From NCBI RefSeq assembly GCF_009914755.1, contig NC_060947.1: 64,000 nucleotides of DNA; one strand, 5' to 3'. Source of the DNA: the human T2T-CHM13v2.0 reference genome, Homo sapiens. The translations under genes were made by a program, and so were the position numbers. The notes under the pieces are model-generated. The model did not search any database. It was not told the DNA's origin and worked only from the letters and a program-made list of their open reading frames with translations. Positions within the stretch are counted from its first letter, which is position 1; every line of letters starts with the position of its first letter. Below, one piece after another: positions 60,083-64,000 of the stretch.

Positions 60083-62459
60083 GCAGCGGCTGGCGTCTGT
60101 GGCCCTTTAAAGGCGCTCGAGCTGGTGCAGTCACCGCGGATCGTGTGAAAGCAAAGGGCCGGCTGGGGAACGGAGTCCACGCGGCCACGCGAGTCCGGCA
60201 GCCCTGTGGACCGGCCAAGGCTCCCGGGGTGGGGCTGGCGAGTCCGGGCTATGGGCAGCCCTCGCCCGGAGCCCTGGCCAGTGCCCGGCTTCTAAAGCTG
60301 TCGGGGGCCAGGGCCCGGGACACCGGCTCTCCCCACCGCCCTGCGTGGACTTGCCCAATAAATTCCACTTAGTAATTTCACTGAGGCAAAGGAGAGCCGT
60401 TAGTGTCTGTTTTCTGACCTAAATCTAGTCGGGGGCCAAAACGGGCTTCAGGGGTTTTGGGAGAGAGCTGTGGGCTCAAGGAGTGACCTGGAAGAGCGGG
60501 GCGCACACGAGACGGGGGAATGGTCATTAGTTTTCTGCAGGGCTGTCTTGGAGCCTGTCTGCCTTTTGGGGGGGCTGTACTATCTCATTCGTTGAAGAGC
60601 TGAGGCTGGGGGCTCCTTTTCCTCTTAAAGTCGCCAGATTCTGGGCAGAGTCGCATGGGGGGCCTATATGGCAGCGGTGGCTCTTCTAGAAGTTCTGAGC
60701 TGGGGTTGGGTTCGAGGGTTTCTGTTCTGTGGTCATCCAGGGCAGGAGGCTGGCAGGATGCGACCCGGAGAAATGCTACTCTCCCGGACCGTGGGGCCAG
60801 GTACAGCTCACTAGGCTCGCCGAAAAGCCAACAGTAGGCAACGGGGTACGAAGAGCTTGCCCCAGGGTTCGCGGAGATTCCTCCTGCCTTCCCACGATGT
60901 CAGGTTGTTTTATTGTAACTACATAATCATTCCCGTCTAGCAAGAATAACGTTTTGCATTTGGAGTTCGTCTTTCTTAGGTAGAGATGTTGTCTTACAAA
61001 TCCTTACTGGAAAGAGGTCTGGGTCTTCTCCTTCACCTCAATTCGGATTCTTTGTGGCCAAGAAATTCCCACCTTACCACTTACAGGGAGGCCATCGGGA
61101 TTACCCCTCTGTCACCCCCCCACCCCGCCCCGGCCCCGCCGCTCTTTTTTTGCTGCCTTTCAGCAACAGCGACTCAGTTTACACTGTTTATAAAACATAC
61201 TCTTTAAGAAAAGGTCCTGATGTTAAAAAAGGGGGGAGGGAATGTCACGAAGTCATTTTCACTATGTATGTGTTCTGTCTTCTTAATTGGATTTGAAGAC
61301 CTGAAGTTCTCTTTTTCTTTTCTTTTTCTTTTTTTAGTAGCCCCAAGTGCCCTGCATTTGCTCTTCTAACAAAGTTCTGTTTGTTGACGGACTGACCGGC
61401 TTACTGACACAAAGATGGGAAGCAAATGGAGAGACGGATCAAGGCCCTTCCTCGGCATCTGGAGGAAGCTTGGGCGAGTGTCTTGGTCGCCAGGTAAACC
61501 CATTCTCCAGCCCTCAAGGCTGCCTTGCACAGCTCCAGTCTTTTCACCTACCCTGTCCCAACACAAACCCCGGTAGCATCCACACCCCACACATCTTCGC
61601 TGCACTTTCTCACTTTGCTTGCCAGATTGTGGGCCCTGCCTAGTCTCCCTCTGATAAAAGGCGGGATCTGTCGGCACCCTAAAGCCTTACTGCAAACCGC
61701 GTGTGAAATACACTCTCAAGTTCTCTTGGTGTTTGCCTGGGATGAAAAAAAATGTTTCTGCGAAAACTAAGTGGTGGAGAATGAGCGACTCTAGGCTTTC
61801 GAATTGCATGTTACTAATTTGAACCCCTGACCCACCCTCCCCGTCAGCCCCGGCTTGGCTCGGGAGCAGGTCTGGCAACAGCGGCAGCTTCTCCGCTGCA
61901 GGCTCCGGATCCGGGAGGTGTGGATCCGCCCTCCATCTATTGGATGGCTCCCAGGCCAATTGTTAGAAAGAGGCATATGTTCATCTCGGCTTCTGGAGTG
62001 TCTCCGGAGCAGTTGCTCAACAGCCAGCCCCCTCCCCCATCCGGACCATTGAAGGGCAGAAAAAGGAGCGCCCTCCACCACATTTCTCTGTGCCCACATG
62101 CCAGAAAGGGTCTCCCCCCTGGTGACTTCCTGTCATCTCCACTGCTTACCTCCTGGGGAGCAGGAACGAGAGGGGCTTCAAGCACTCAGCTTTGAAGCAC
62201 AAAAGCCACCCCTTTCCTTTTTGGGGAGATGGGAGAGGAGGTTAGTTGCAGAGGCTGAGAGGGAGCAAAGGAGACATTTGCATTTCTCGGCAAAAATGCT
62301 CTGATCACTGACTTCCCCGTTGGCTCCAGCAGAGCTCAGAGCTCTCCGCTGAACTCTTATCTCCAACTTGGCAACTAGACCGCGAGCTTGCGAAGCAAGG
62401 AGAGGACAGGGATGGTCACCTACCGAGAACCTCTGTGCTCCAGCGCTGGGCCTGGCATG

Positions 62460-62870
62460 TTCCCCATCCATCATCTCATTTAATTCCCAGGACAGCCCTT
62501 TGAGGTAGGGTTTACCAAAGGTGAATGAAACAGAGCCTCGGGAAATTGCCCAAGTTCACATAGCCACGTGGCTGAGTGTTTGAATCTGGGTCAGGCTGTC
62601 TGCAAAGTTTTTACCCTCAGCCCTAATCCCCGCTGCCTAGGAGGGTAAGGAGGCTGTCTAGAGTGCAGGTTCAGGGGTCAGTAGGCCTGGGTTTAAATTC
62701 CTACTTTGCCATTTGTTAGCGGTGAAGTCTTAGGCCAATGGCTTCATGCTTTGGTCTTCAATTTTCCCATCTGTTAAATGGGGATAACAATGGTACCTAA
62801 TCTGTGGGGGTTGCTTAGCCTGATTGGTGCCCGCAGTGTAGTAAATGGCCAATAAATGCTGTTATCGTAC
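62460..62870. mobile_element. Two MIR fragments in opposite orientation
   Basis: ctcatttaattccc...ttgcccaagttcaca and ttttcccatctgttaaatgggg. Confidence 0.7.
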
Positions 62871-63301
62871 TGGACCTTCTGATTATTTTCCTTTTGCCTC
62901 CCGTCCCTGCCTCAGCTCACACACTTCAGATTCAGTAATACTTGCTGAATGATTAATTTTAAAACCAGACTGAGAGGGGATGAAGGAGGTCTATAAACTC
63001 AGGGAGGAGAGAGAGAGAGAAAAATGCAGATTTCTTCTTAAAATCCCACCCTCCAGAACCAAGGACTGCCTGAGCCATATGACAGGAGTAAATTTGGGAC
63101 CAAAAAAAGGTGACCACTTTTTACAGGTCAGCCTATAAACTTACAGAGTGGTCTCCAGAAACATATACTCAATACGTGTGTAGAAAAAACTTTAAAAGCA
63201 CAAGTTTTTATTCAAGAATATTTACAGCAGAATTGTTGATAATAGTGGAAAATGAAAAGGAACCTAAATGTCTATGGTAAGGGTGTGTCCCTTGGTACCT
63301 T

Positions 63302-63302
<1 letters not shown>

Positions 63303-63335
<33 letters not shown>
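63303..63335 (+). repeat. (CA)n microsatellite within old L1M fragments (about 63150-64000)
   Basis: About 16 CA units. Confidence 0.92.
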
Positions 63336-63340
<5 letters not shown>

Positions 63341-64000
63341 GACTTTGAAAACTCTTATTCATAGGAAAATATTCATAACAAAATATGAAATAAAAAATGC
63401 TGGGTACAAAGTTGCATAAATATGATGCCAAGCTGCAAAGGGCACAAAGGGAACAAAATTAAATACTCACTATGTTTCCAATCATGTATGAATATGTACA
63501 GAAAGCGACAGTCTGGAAAATACCAAAATGATAACAGTGCCAGTAGAGTGGTAGGATTATGAGTGATTTTCTTCTCTTTTCCCCATATTATGCAATATTA
63601 TTCTTATAAGTAAATATGAGTTTATAGTTAATAAACTCCATAAATATTATGTTCCCACTTTTGTTAAAATATATGTGCATAGAAAAAATATCCATAATCT
63701 CACTACTCAATTATAATCACTGTTAACACCAAAAATTGTTAACAGTGATTATAATTGAGTAGTGGGATTATGGATAATATTTTTATTTTGCTTTTCTTTT
63801 TCTGCAGTATGATTATATTACTTTCTTACAATTAAAACAGATTCATAATTTGAAAAGTACATAATCAGAGGGATCCCACTTGGGTTAAGAGTATGAATGT
63901 AAATTGAAAAAAATGAGAAGGAAGAATACTAAAATATTAAGAGTTTTATATTAGGTGGTAAGGAATTATGGGTAATTTCCTCTCTATTTTCTGTAATCTG

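Larger units (their letters stand above)
57800..60550. promoter_or_regulatory. CITED1 CpG island
   Basis: About 2.7 kb of very high GC and CpG content. Confidence 0.9.

Overview
Primate (almost certainly human) genomic DNA from Xq13.1. It contains the complete 7-exon RPS4X gene (minus strand, about 25.5-30.1 kb; spliced CDS 792 nt, 263 aa) and the complete CITED1 gene (minus strand, about 54.5-60.1 kb; 193 aa, plus a 219-aa form from an upstream ATG exon, and several alternative first exons in a CpG island). A likely distal alternative last exon of PIN4 lies on the plus strand at 15602. Most of the rest is transposon-derived: dozens of Alus, L1M, L2, MIR, MaLR and ERVL LTRs and hAT fragments, plus retrocopies of Y3 RNA and a 33-nt 5' piece of U2 snRNA. 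Nearly all ORFs in the supplied track are Alu/L1 or GC-rich noise. I see no evidence of a new biological system. The most interesting items are a TATA box that would initiate into a GC-rich MIR as a CITED1 first exon, an orphan CpG island near 8 kb, a candidate unproductive 5' splice site in RPS4X intron 1, and several clean retrotransposition fossils. Repeat subfamily names and gene or isoform identities come from remembered consensus sequences, not from a database search. Repeat boundaries are approximate.
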